Of a DNA stretch of 64,000 bases, positions 22,250 through 34,420 are shown one piece after another. How positions within the stretch are numbered: the first letter of the stretch is position 1; every line of letters begins with the position of its first letter. The notes under the pieces were generated by a model, which saw nothing but the letters and a program-made list of their open reading frames with translations, was not told the origin of the DNA and did not search any database. Location of the stretch: positions 61,690,001-61,754,000 of the forward strand of contig NC_045699.1 in NCBI RefSeq assembly GCF_009834535.1. Direction: 5' to 3'. The DNA comes from Camelus ferus (lineage: Eukaryota). The translations under genes were made by a program, and so were the position numbers.

Positions 22250-25153
22250 TAGATTAAATCTTTTATCTAAGACCTTATCACAGAGAAACCCTTGACTCAG
22301 GAGTGTTCCTTTGGTGAATTCTACCAAATAGTTAAGAAAGAGAGAACACCAGTATTATGTCGAGTCTTTCAGATCATAGAGGAGGAGGGAACACACGCCA
22401 ATGCGCTGTGTGAGATGAGCGTAACCCTCATATCAACAATCACATAGGCCTTACAAAAAGAGTATTACAAACCAGTTCCCTTCATGAGCACAGAAACAAA
22501 AATCCTTAACAAAGTGTTAGTAAATCAAATACGGTATCTAAAAAACGGGTAGTGTATCACGAGCATGAAGGGCTTATACCAGGAATGCAAAACTGGCCTT
22601 ACATTCGCTGAACTGCTCACTTTAAAAATGGCTAATTTTGTGGCATGTGAGCGTTCATCTCAATGTAAAAAAAAAAAAAAAAAAAAAAGTTCAATGCGTG
22701 TAATTCACCATATTAACAGAAAAAAAAAAAAGGGAGAAAAGCCCTACATTGATTTCAAAGATGCAGAAAAAGCAGTTTTTACAGAATCCAGCACCAATTT
22801 ATGAAAATGAAGAATACAGGGACACTTCTTCGATCTAATAAAGAGTAACTGTAAAATCTATGGATAACCTCATCCTTCATGGCATCACATTGAACCCTAA
22901 GGTCAGAAACAAGACGAGGATTCCCACTCTTGCTACCTCTGTACAACATTGTGCCGAGAATCCTAGCTGTCTGCAGTAACAATAAAAGACACAAAAGGCA
23001 TTAAAAATTAGAAAGGAAGAAAGAAAACTGTCCATTTGAAATGACATGTTTGTTTACAAAGAAAATCACAGGGAATCTAGAAAGCTACCCTAAGAGGGAC
23101 TAAGTAAACTTAGCAAGGTTGTAGAATACACGGATTTATTTTAAAAAATCAATTGTAAGTAGAAAATAAAACTCAAAAACAATTCCCCTCAGAATAGCAT
23201 CAAAATGTAAAATATTAAGAAAAATTACCAACACATGTGCAAGACTTCTACTCTGAAACCTATATATATATATATATTGCTGAGAAAAAATACAGAAAGT
23301 CTAAATTATTAAACCCTGTGATCCTTGCATTGGAATTGACAAATAGATCAAAACAATAGAGTCCAAAAGTAGACCCACCCTTCCACGGTCGTCTATTTTT
23401 TAACAAAAACATGAGAGGAATCTAATGTTAAAGGGAAAGTGTTTTTCACAAATGGTGCTGAAGTACTTGGGTATTTATATGAAAAAAAAAAAAAAAAAAA
23501 AAACCAAAACTGAATCTCAGACCTTACTCAGAATTTATTTGCACTGGATCATAGACCGAAATATAAAAGCTGAAACCATAAATCCTTTTAGAAATAAATA
23601 TAAGAGATGGTTTTCATGATCAGAGATATGCAAACGTTTCTTAAACAGGTTATAGAAAGCATAACTGTAAAAGAAAAAATATGATAGGTGAGACCTCCTT
23701 AAAGTTTAAAAATTCTTCTCTGCAAAAGATACCATTAAGAAAATAAACAGGCAAACTATAGTCTATAAGAAAATATTCATAAATACTCAGTAAAGGACTG
23801 TTATCCAGGGTATGTAAATAATTCCTATAATTTGATAATGAAAAGGCAAACAACTCAATAAAAAGTAGCCAAAATATTCGTATATGCTTCACAAAAGAAA
23901 AATATAAATGACCAATAAACAAATAATGAAGCGCTCAACATCACGAATCATGAACATGCAAACTAAAACCACAACAGGATAGAAGCACACACCTAGCAAA
24001 ACCGGTGTAATCTACTAGTAACATCAGACATTGACGATGCTGCGGAGCAACTTTGTTACGTTCTTGTTGGGAGTATAACAGCAGTGCAACTACTGTGGGA
24101 AAAGTTCTGACAGATTCTGACAAAGGTAAGTACACACCTACCCTAGGAGAAAGCAAAGATACTAAGAGAAATAAAAGAATACATCCACACAAAGACTTGT
24201 TCATGAGTGTTCACAGTGGCACTAATTTTAATAATGCCAAATACTAGAACTGAACCAAATGTCCATCAGGTGGTCATTGGATAAACAAAACAATGTCTAT
24301 CTGGATAGCGGGACACTGTGCCATTAAAAGAATGAACTACAGTCATCCTCAGTATCCAGCGTCTGCAGGGGATTGGTTCCAGGAACTCCCAGGATACCAA
24401 AATCCACAGATGCTCAAGCCCTAACTTATAAAATGGTATGGTATTTGCATATAGCCTACAAACATTTTGCTGTACACTTTAATCACCTCTAGATTACTTA
24501 CAATTCCTAATACATTGTAAATGCTATGTAAATAGCTGCCAGGACTCAGCAAATTCAAGTTTTGCTTTTTGGAAATTTCTGGAATTTTTTTTTTCCCCTG
24601 AATATTTTTGATCCGCATTTGGTTGAATCCGTGGATGTGGAACCTCCAGATACAAAAGATCAACTGTATTGGTAGCTCAAAACATTAGGCTTCGTGAAAG
24701 AAACCTTACTTTCAGAATGTACAGATTGCATGGGTTATTCTATGTGAAATTCCAGAACAGGCACATCTAACCTACAGAGGAAAAGAATCAGAACTGTGAT
24801 TGTATCGGGAGAGAGTGAGTTCAGCGAATGACTGGGAATGGGTATAAGGAAACTTACTGAGAAAACAGGAAGGATCTATATCTTGAGAGGGGTTTGGGTT
24901 ACACAGGTAAACGCATTTGTCAAAGCTCGGTGCACTCCTCAAGATTTGTACATCGCATTGTATGTAAATTCTACAACAGGAGGAAAAAGTATAAATAAAT
25001 ATTGAGTCCTGTTGATAAGAATGCTGAAGCTTTTAGAGTGACTATACAGATGCTTGCAGATTCCTCTGAGATATTAAAAAAAAGAAAGGGAAAAGGAGTT
25101 GATGAATGGATGGCTAGATATGTTATAAAACAAGCATAGTAAAATATTAATAG
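22250..25153 (+). mobile_element. Old L1 (L1MD/ME-like): decayed ORF2 3' half plus 3' UTR; tail resumes at about 25795-25880
   Basis: GGTGAATTCTACCAAA, AAAATCCTTAACAAA, TATACCAGGAATGCAA, GATGCAGAAAAAGCA, GACATGTTTGTTTACAAAGAAAATC, GCAAACTAAAACCACAA, CCAAATGTCCATCA; many frameshifts, no intact ORF. Confidence 0.88.
24340..24666. mobile_element. MER2B-like Tigger MITE nested in L1
   Basis: CAGTCATCCTCAGTATCC...GGGGATTGGTTCCAGGA...GGATACCAAAATCCACAGATGCTCAAG...GGTTGAATCCGTGGATG...CAACTG; TA duplication at 24338-24339 and 24667-24668. Confidence 0.9.
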
Positions 25154-25780
25154 TACTTTGGAAAAAGTCTGNNNNNNNNNNNNNNNNNNNNNNNNNNNNN
25201 NNNNNNNNNNNNNNNNNNNNNNNNNNNNNNNNNNNNNNNNNNNNNNNNNNNNNNNNNNNNNNNNNNNNNNNNNNNNNNNNNNNNNNNNNNNNNNNNNNNN
25301 NNNNNNNNNNNNNNNNNNNNNNNNNNNNNNNNNNNNNNNNCGGATGAACAGATAAATGGAATGTGTCATACCCAAACAATGGAATACTAGGGGGTAATAA
25401 AAAGCAATAAAGTATCGATCCATGTTGCAACACGGATGGACCTTGAAGACATTATGCTCAGTGATAGACGCTAGTCACAGAAGGCCACATGTTGTGTGAT
25501 TCTATTTATCTGAAATGTCTTTAATAGGCAAGTCTATAGAGACAGAAAGTAGATTATTGGCTTCCTAGGGCTAGGAGATGGTAGAAAGGACTTGGGAGTG
25601 GGAAGGAGAGTGACTGATGATGGATATGGAACTTTCTGGAAGGAACGATCAAAACATTCTAAAATCATTGGTGGTGAGGGTTGCACAATTCTGCAAATAT
25701 ACTAAAAGCTTTGAATTACATCCTTTCAATAGATGAATTGTATACCATACAATGTGAATCAGATCTTAATGAGACGACCA
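25154..25780 (+). mobile_element. Second L1 (L1MB-like) 3' fragment nested in the older L1
   Basis: ACTTTGGAAAAAGTCTG [gap] GATGAACAGATAAA...CAATGGAATACT...CATGTTGCAACACGGATGGACCTTGAAGACATTATGCTCAGTGA...GGTTGCACAATTCTGCAAATATACTAAAA. Confidence 0.85.
25172..25340. other. Assembly gap (169 N)
   Basis: Run of N. Confidence 1.
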
Positions 25781-27554
25781 TTAGATTTGTCAGTAATAAA
25801 ATCTAGATGGTGAATATACAGGTGTTTACTGTAAAATTATCTCCAGCTTGCTGTCTATTTTGAAAGCCTTTAAAATGACACAATCTTAATAAGATCTTGA
25901 TTGGAATTGTCTTCCATTTAGAGATTTATATGGACCAAACTGATATCTGTACAACAGTCTTTCCATTTAGGAATAGACCATCTGCTGTTTAAATTTTTTT
26001 TTCCCCTGCCTTCCTTTCTGTCTGTCATCTCAGGCCACCTTTGTTGAGTGTGTGGCAAGGTCCACTATTCCATCACTGCACAGCTGTGGGATGTGAGAAA
26101 GACCTCCCTTTAATGCTGCAAAAACAAAAGTCCCTGTCCCTTCTTCACTCGAACTTGCTCTTAGCTTCGTGAAACTTCTTTCACACTTCATTCCATCCTG
26201 TGTGATGGTAACAGTCGTAAGTCGATGAGTCCCCAGTCTTTCAGGCTTTATGTGCCTTTCAGGTTTTTTTTTTTTTTTTAAACTATTTGCATGATTCTGA
26301 AACCCTTCACTAGCGGGGGTGACTTTCTCTGAAAATCGTCACTTTCTCCTAAGCTCCTAGTTATAACAAGAATGAAACAGTATGGCTGGGGTAAGTCTGA
26401 TTACTACAGAGTAGAGAAGAATTATCTACCCTCATGGAAAAGATTTTGCTTCTATTAATACAATTTAGAATTACAATAGCTTTTCCAGGCAACCGGAGAT
26501 CACTGCTTTTGAATTTAAACCCATTAGTCTATTACCATGTATTACCAAGCACACTATTTTTTTTTTTACATCTATTTCTGAATTGATTCCCCCCTCCCTA
26601 AAAAAAAAAAAAAAAAAAAAAACTCAAGGACTTTCCTCAGCAAGTGTTTTCAGAGTGCTAGTGTCTGGATGCCTGGTTTAGTGACCACCTACTTTTGAAA
26701 GAGCTGCTTTTCTGGATTTGCGTCATGTTCGTGATGAAAAAAAGCACGGAGAATCACTCTCAGCTGTAGCGATATTCATAGACTCCCCAGATTGGAAGAG
26801 ACCTTAAAAGACCGTCTCATTCCTCCTCCTGACACCCGGCAGGGATGCTATCTACACGAATCCTCTTCAGAGAGAGGGCAGCAGCTGTCACCAATCTCCC
26901 CAGCTCTCCAGGCTGTCCCCCTGTGACCCAGTCTCAGGTTAGCGTATTCCCGTGGATTAAGAGTTTTGAGAGCCTTGGATGAATGCAGTACTGAAATTAG
27001 CAGGAAGTAGTGGAAGTAATTTGCCTGCACTCAGCGTCTTGTGCCGACAGCATCTGCCAAAAGAGGGGAACTGCGGGCAGGCGGAGATGGTGTACACGCC
27101 AAGGGTGATGAGGGGCTTGGAGCTCCCTACACCAGAGGCCGCTAATTACTTACTCCCAGTCATTCACTTGGAGAGGATGCTATGAATAGAAATCCACCTC
27201 CCCACGTGCTGCCCAGCGCCGACGCAGGGAAAGATTTTCCAAGGAAAGTAGGTCAGCGCAGTTCCTCGATAGAGAGGATCACTTTACCTATCGTCTGGGT
27301 CAGTCCCAAGACCTAGGGGCTCCTACGGGTAAGAGACCAGCATTCATAGTTCAGGGAGACTTTTCTTGCTTTTCACAGTATTTCTGCTGGGCTCACAGTA
27401 GCGCAGAACAGGAGGCAAGATGTGGGTCATGAGATTCCAAAACTGGCCACTGAGTGATGAGATTCAAAAAGCCTTGGCTACTCCAAAATATTTATTAATT
27501 ACTGCAGTGATATTAACATATGTCCACAATTTTTTTTTTTTTTTTTTTGAGACT

Positions 27555-27680
27555 CCTTCTTCCGGGAGGTGGAGCTTCCTTCCCCTCCCCGTGAGTGTGG
27601 GCTGGACGCGGTGATTTGCTTCTAACCAAGAGAACGGAATGATGCCTGTGGGGTGACTCACTTCCTCTTTCAAGTCAGGA
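27555..27680 (+). mobile_element. MLT1 LTR 5' fragment
   Basis: GGGAGGTGGAGCTTCCTTCCCCTCCCCGTGAGTGTGGGCTGGACGCGGTGATTTGCTTCTAACCAAGAGAA. Confidence 0.7.
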
Positions 27681-27690
27681 GGATGGAAGC

Positions 27691-27724
27691 GGGGGGCGGG
27701 GTGGGGGTGGGGGTGGGGGTGGGG
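27691..27724 (+). repeat. G-rich (GGGGGT)n repeat, putative G-quadruplex
   Basis: GGGGGGCGGGGTGGGGGTGGGGGTGGGGGTGGGG: six runs of at least 4 G with 1-nt loops. Confidence 0.85.
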
Positions 27725-28053
27725 AGGACGTTTAACATGGGGACCCGTCAGCGGAATCCCCTCCATTTCTGTGTCGCGTGCGAGGAACCCTAGAGCAGCC
27801 AGTGCACGCTCTCCAGTTTAATCAAAATCCTGGGGAGGGTCTTATGAAGACCCTTCATAAGTGTTAATAGGGATTTTATCTGCTTATTTCGGTTACGGTT
27901 TACAATTCTTTTAAATGTGAAGTAATCTTCCCCACCTTCCCCAAATGCTCATTCTTGTAGATGTCATTAGTGTTGAACCAATGCTTTCGCAAGTCCCAGT
28001 TCACCGTAGATGCATTCTTTTCAGATGTATTAGACAAACAAAAAAAAACCTTT

Positions 28054-28080
28054 CACACACACACACACACACACACGCAC
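28054..28080. repeat. (CA)n microsatellite
   Basis: About 11 CA units followed by GCAC. Confidence 0.95.
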
Positions 28081-28191
28081 AAAAACCAAGGCAAGGGAAA
28101 AATGCTAAGCTTGCGATGGAGAAATACAGCAGACACCCCTTTAACTGACCGATTAAGGTTAAGAGCAACGGTGATGCTGACATCACGGAGC

Positions 28192-29207
28192 TGGGGCTGG
28201 CTTCACGGATGTGCGGCCTGTGCGGTCACTCAGGGATCCACACTCAGGAGGGTCCCACGCTTGACTTAATGCTCTGCTTCCGGTGCATTGAAATTATTAG
28301 TCATTTCATCTTTGAGCTGTGTTTTTGTAAGTTAAGTCTGACGGGGACTGGAGCACGTGTGTGAGCGGGAGATATATGTGCAACATGCATGCCCACCATT
28401 CCTTGCACCCTGTTTACACAGAGGATGCCCCATGAGCACAGGATTCCAGTGAACCTGTGACACGTGGAAGTTCAGCAAGACTCAAGTACAAGGTGAATTT
28501 ATTCCATCTGGGACTCAGTAAGCAGGGAGACTGACAGCCCTTAGAAGCCAGATGTCCCCTTTGAATCAGAACTTGCTTTGAACAGAGAAGAAAAAAGCCA
28601 TGGTGCTGCATAAAACAAATCACCAAGAAACCCTATCATATCCTTTCTTACTTCCCTGTTCTTTCCCTGTTTCGGCCTCATATTTATGCTGGAAATGATA
28701 ACAGAAGGAACGTGAAATACAGGGCCACGCGTGGCCCTTTCCCTTCAGTCTTTTCTTATTCATCAGTGAGCAGATGGTAGAGAGTGTTGGTAGAGTGTGT
28801 GATATCAAGAAGTGAAACAGAAACAGTGGAGTTAGTTTTGTACAGTTTGGGTAAGAACAAAACACGTGCGCGTGCAAGCATCAAAATACGAATTGTGTAA
28901 TTTTGATGAGTCCGCACACAAGTTAAGTGCTCCTGTATGCGTACTTTAAAACTGTCATTGCTCAATACAATGATGAACAATAAAACTCTAGCCAAGAATT
29001 TTAAATATTATTTTTTTCTTTATGTAGGATGATGTTAAATAAATAGCAAAGAAAAAAACACCATAAAAAGGTGAGAGAGAAATTGTGGATGAAAAGGAAA
29101 AAGTTTATATTTAGTACCTTTAACATTTTTTTTCCTGCTTTTTGTTGAACAAGGAGCTTTACCTTTTCATTTTACACTGGGCTCCCAAAATTACGTAGCC
29201 ATCCCTG
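28192..29207 (+). mobile_element. MER45B-like hAT-Tip100 element, near full length
   Basis: Starts TGGGGCTGGCTTCACGGATGTGCGGCCTGTGCGGTCACTCAGGG; ends TTTTCATTTTACACTGGGCTCCCAAAATTACGTAGCCATCCCTG; about 1.0 kb. Confidence 0.85.
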
Positions 29208-29224
29208 TGTATGTCACTATGTCG

Positions 29225-29697
29225 TTGATTTTATGTGATCATCTCTTTTGATATTCCCCTAAATACTTTAATCTAATTATAAGAAAGAGATAAACTCAAG
29301 TTTGGGACATTCTCAAAATACCTGAATACTCTTTAAATGAGTCCAACTGTGTTCATGGAAGGCAAGGAGAGATCAAGAAACTGTCAAAGAACCAAAGGAG
29401 ATTAAGGAGACACCACGACCTATCGCAATGTGGTCTCCTGGATCAGATCCTGGAACAGAAAAAAGACATTAGGGGGAAAACTGTTGAAACACAAGTAAAG
29501 TCTGTTGTCCAGTTAACAGAACTCGTGTTAGTAACCCATGTTAATCTCTCAGTTTTCATGAATATAGCACCTACACACGGGATGTTAACATCAGAGGAAG
29601 AAGCAGGGTGATGGGTTTGTGGGAACGCCGTGTGCTACCTTTGCAACTCTTCTATAAATCTAAATTATTTCAAAATAAGAAAAGTTAAAAAAGAATT
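29225..29697 (+). mobile_element. L1MC-like 3' UTR
   Basis: GGGACATTCTCAAAATACCTG..., CAAAGGAGATTAAGGAGACA...CAATGTGG..CCTGGATCAGATCCTGGAACAGAAAAAAGACATTAG..., CTTTGCAACTCTTCTATAAATCTAAATTATTTCAAAATAA. Confidence 0.85.
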
Positions 29698-29771
29698 AAG
29701 TCAGGCTTTATGCAGGAGCACTGCTAAAGTTGTGTTCTTGTATATGTTCTTTAATCTTCATGGCAGCACTA

Positions 29772-29795
29772 GTGTGTGTGTGTGTGTGTGTGTGT
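29772..29795. repeat. (GT)12 microsatellite
   Basis: Direct reading. Confidence 0.95.
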
Positions 29796-30329
29796 ACATA
29801 TATTCTCCATTTTACAAAAGGAAATAACCCCAGAATGTCAAAGTGACAACCTAAGATCATAAATATCTTAAGTGGTGGGGCTAAGATTATACCCAAGTCC
29901 AATGATCACTTTTCTTATCTAAACATTATTATGTCTCACCGTCTCCCAAATGAAGTCCAAAATCCTGTACCTTGTAAGCCAAGGTCTCCCTTATTTTGCC
30001 TTAGTTCCATTCTTGTATTCTACTTGCTTCGTACATGTAACTTCCACCAAATTTAGTTTCTTCCTAATTAATTACTAGGTATAAAATGTATGTTCCCAAC
30101 CTTATGTCCAGATTCAGGTTGCTTCCCTTGCCCTACCTTCCCCTTTCCTCTCCACTTGAAGTATCTACAAAACTAAGTCTTCCTTGATAATTATGACCCA
30201 GCCCTGACGCTCCTTTGTCTCTGAAACTTTATCTTTCTTCTAGAAGTGGTCTCTCTTCCTCTCCTCAAATCCCATAGCAATGTGTGAACTTCTATATGAT
30301 TAAAAACTTAAAAATAAAAATGCATTATT

Positions 30330-30520
30330 ATTAAACATTTACTAGTGACAGACACTTCCCTAGGTTTGTGTATGTATCATCTCATATTCTCAGAGGACAA
30401 AAGTCCTCCAAGGTAGATACAATCATTTTGTCTATTTCATAGGTGAAAACTGAGACTTGTAGAGTTTAAGAAATCACCCAAGGTCATGGAGTTACATATA
30501 GTATTATGATAAAGTGATAC
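30330..30520 (-). mobile_element. MIR SINE
   Basis: AAACATTTACTAG...CTCCAAGGTAGATAC...CTATTTCATAGGTGAAAACTGAGACTT...CCCAAGGTCATG. Confidence 0.7.
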
Positions 30521-30859
30521 AATTTTTCAATGAAGCGTTTCTTAAAGTCCAACTAGCTCAACCAATTATCCAGTGCTTGGACTTTCTTTAGCATAGGAGG
30601 AACCTAGACCCAGAGAGATAAACTTGGCTTGTTACAAAATACATCAATGACACAAATGGACTAGAACTCGACAATCCTACTGCCAGGCTGTGTCCACCAT
30701 GCCAAACTGTAGCTTCGTATATTTCTGCCTGGTGAGTGTCCTCAGCCCGTCAGGACCACTGGCAGAACATTGAGGCAACTCCAGGATGAAGCAGCCTTCC
30801 CACAGTTCTCAGGAGAATCCAGGAAACGTCCCTGCTTTGGAGGATTTAACAACTTATGA

Positions 30860-31041
30860 GAACAGTCCTCAATCTCTAGTTCCCAGACCAGCAGCACCAA
30901 CATTACCTGAAATCTTGTTTGAGATGAAAATTGGGTCCCACCCAAGACCAACTAAATTAGGAACTCTTGGTTATGGTCCAGGACTCTGATTAATGAGCCT
31001 TCCAAGTAATTATGCTGCTTGCTGAAGTTTGAGAACTACTG
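30860..31041. mobile_element. MER5A (hAT-Charlie MITE)
   Basis: CCCAGACCAGCAGCACCAACATTACCTGAAATCTTGTTTGAGATGAAAATT...CCCACCCAAGACC...AAGTTTGAGAACTACTG. Confidence 0.85.
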
Positions 31042-34039
31042 TATGAGGGCAAATTCTAAAGCAGGGATAGAGAGGTATATTACCAACTACAGCAATTCTG
31101 TGAGTCTTCTGGGCTACTGTGGTTGAGTTGTTTGTTTCACGAGGCACCTGGTTTTCCTTTTTCTTAATAGACTCACTTGTCCATTAGCATCTGAATCAGG
31201 AAGAACAGGCGAGAGGAACATTTCCAGCTGGAGCAAGGTCAGCATCTTGGCTTTATCTGCCTCAAATCTATTCTCCTCTCTCTCGGGTGAGAGTTTTCAT
31301 ATGGGCTCTCAGTATAAAAAGCGTTAATGCAAAACATGTCAGGGATTCCTTTTATGCATTGGGCACTCTCATTTCTCCTTGCAGCAGGATGTGTTTTCCC
31401 TCTGCTCACTCCCATGGACTGACCTCCCAACTACTCTAGCGGCTCCCAGATTCTCTCATGGCACTTTCATTATACTGACGCAGTCCAGCATGGAAACTGT
31501 CAATACCTCCACATCTGTCTAGCTCCGACTAATCCATCCACATCCAGCTACCAAAGGAAGTGGTGACTAGCTATTCTTTGCATCAAAATGCCATATAGTG
31601 AACACCTGATCCAGAAGAAACCCCTTCATAAATGGCCAACAACTTCTGTTTTATCATAAGGTCAAGTTTCTGCCCTGTAGGAATACTCTTACTTAGCTAA
31701 ATAAACCACCAGGAAAGAAAATTGAAGGGATTGGCTAATCCAAAATAAGAGGTTTAGAGATAAAGAGCCAACATGATAGAGACATGTGAGGCTTGGAGAG
31801 AAGGTTCCTGGAGCCACCTTGGATTATTCATTCATTTAGTCTGTGCCAGATGCAGAGCACGCAAATTTCATTTCCAGACCTACAGCAGATGCTTCTAGAA
31901 TGTCTCTTGTCTTTGCCACCATGAGAAAAGCTGTGGTCCTGCCAGAAGAACCCAACTGTCTGTCTGTGAATGATCCAAAGGTCTTTGCCTGGGACCCAGT
32001 TCTGTCACGCATGGTGGGATGTAGTAATCCTAAATCCTGAGGTTGCTGTACCATCAGAAAATTGTGTGCTGGACAATCCTCCTCCTCCAACTCATAGCCT
32101 AGGTCCTAATGATCAATGCCCCTCTCTTTCCTACCTCATTTCCCCCTTGCCCCATCTACCAATCTCCTAAGGTTTTTTTTTTGTTGTTTTTTGTTTTTTT
32201 TTTTTGGATACACCTGGCAGGAGTTTGTTCCAATCAACAAATATTAACTGAACACCAACACTGTACAAACCATCATGCTGCCTGTAATAAAAGGATGCCG
32301 TGTATAGGCTTCTTTTGCATGAAAACCCTGATCGATCAATAGAAACAGCTTAGGGGACTTTGTTATGAAGTATTCTGAGGTCTTTTCCAAGCACTATGGT
32401 AAAGAATGCTATGATTGATTATTAATGTCTGCCTAGAGCAAGGGATGAGGTAGAGGCAGTATGTTACATCCATTTATAAGGAATATAAATATGTATTAAG
32501 GGAGCCCCTGTCCCAAAGAGTCTCTCAATTTATTGGAAAGACAGACAAATATATAAACAGCTAAATCACAAGACATGCAAGGCAATACTGAAATGTTAAC
32601 AAATTCTATGACAACATTTGGGGGCAAACAATTTATCTTGACAACGAAGATTGAGAAAGGTCTAGTGTAGGTGGCAAAATCTGAGCTGGTTTTAAATGGA
32701 ATTAAATCATTTGGGAGTCCGAGTCAAAGTTACAACTCTGCAAGCAGCCTTTAGCTATTTAATTTTGTGTCACTTTGTTCTTTCTTTTTCAAATCCAGCA
32801 TTTCTTTTGGACTTCGTGAGTTTTATGCCTGGTATCATTAGAATCTAAGAGGCTATTGTCAAGCTTGATCTCCAGATTCCTTCCCTGGTTCCTTTAAGGC
32901 AACGTTTCCTGGCCCTCCTGCTCATGGGATGCGTGATCCCACTCCCAACTTGTCCTTGAGCACTTTGGGGGACTGGGATCCAGTCCAGCCTCTAAGGACA
33001 GAGGAGGATTTCCATTGTCTCACAACGTGCCCATTGTCCTACCATTAAGTGTTAATTACCTTCCTTGAAATGTGACATTTTCCTTTTTTACAAACAACAC
33101 AATGACTTGGAAAGAAAGTGGTATTTATAAATTTAATTTGTCATTGTTTGCATCAGAGACTATCTGGTATGATTCAGGCTGGGAGTCAAAAGAAGCTAGA
33201 TTCCCCATTGTGTGCACTGGAACATGGCATCCTTGAAGGTGAGCTGGCCAAAAAAAGAAAGAAGGTCTGGGTAGAGATCCTTACCCTGCTCTGCTCTGAG
33301 ACCTCCAGAAAAATCACAGTTTCTCTGAGTCATCATTTTATCATGTGTCCAGTGAGATGGGTAGAGATGATCTGTATGTTCTACTCTTACGTCAATTTCT
33401 GCGATGTACGTAAAAAGGTAATTCTATGGGATAGTGGATCAGAGATTGGAATCAGACACTGGAAATCTGCCTCAAGTCACTTGCTTAGAGCCCGTCAAGA
33501 GTTCTGACTATTCACCCAGTTGCAAGCAGAGGGGAGATGGAATGAAAATAGAGGCATGGCTGGATCTACTCAGGAGGTAACTTCTGAATCAGACACCTGT
33601 GATGGTAAGATGTGACTGACCATAGTACAAAGAAAAATCTAAAGGGAGTGCCATGCAGGAGCACAGAATTCTTGACAGAGTGGCCTCACCCGCTAGCAAA
33701 GTGCTGCAATGGATACTCCAGGCAGGACTAGAGAAGGAGTGAGCAGATGGGCAGAGACATGACATGAGGAGGTAGCTCCCTCCTCACCAACCAGTTTTAA
33801 AACATCTCCCCAAAGCCATGTGATCCAACCAGTAACTTCCTAATAACTTGGCCTATCAGGGCTAAACTCAGCAGCCGCCTTCTTTGTGAAAGCACAGAGA
33901 AACCGACACCACCGAAACAAAGCGCTGTGTGAAGCACTTGAGAACAACTGAACAGTAATCTGCTTTTGGCTAATTATAAATGGATTTGGAGTTCAGAAGA
34001 AAGGTCAGTATAAACTGAAGAGATAAGCAAAGGCCTCCT

Positions 34040-34420
34040 GGATGAGGCTGGATTTTGAATCGACCTTGAAGAATGTGAAGGAATACTGAAAAGGTAGAAA
34101 TATGCTTTATGAGATTAGAGGGTAAGAGGTCAATACACGTATACCTTTCAACAGGCAAATAACAAGAAAATGCATTTCAGGAAAGGTAAGAACATTGAGC
34201 AGAGATGCAGAACTGGGACTCAGCGTGACTTGTTTGGGGAAGAAAGAGATAATTTTGATTTGACTGGTGAGCAGGGAACACTGGGAGATGTTTGGATGGG
34301 TTGAGGGAAGCCAGATTTTGGAGGACCTTCCAATCCATGAAGTCCAAGTCAACATTAAGATATACTGATAAGCAACAGGGAACAGGGGAGCGGCAATAGG
34401 AATGCAGAATTTTAAGAAGA
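34040..34420 (-). mobile_element. L2 LINE fragment
   Basis: GGATTTTGAATCGACCTTGAAGAATGTGAAGGA..., GCATTTCAGGAAAGG..GAACATTGAGCAGAGATGCAGA..., AGCCAGATTTTGGAGGACCTT. Confidence 0.7.

Noticed and set aside
22250-24330. L1 ORF2 as a CDS or active element
   Set aside because: Heavily frameshifted and truncated; no ORF above about 90 aa.
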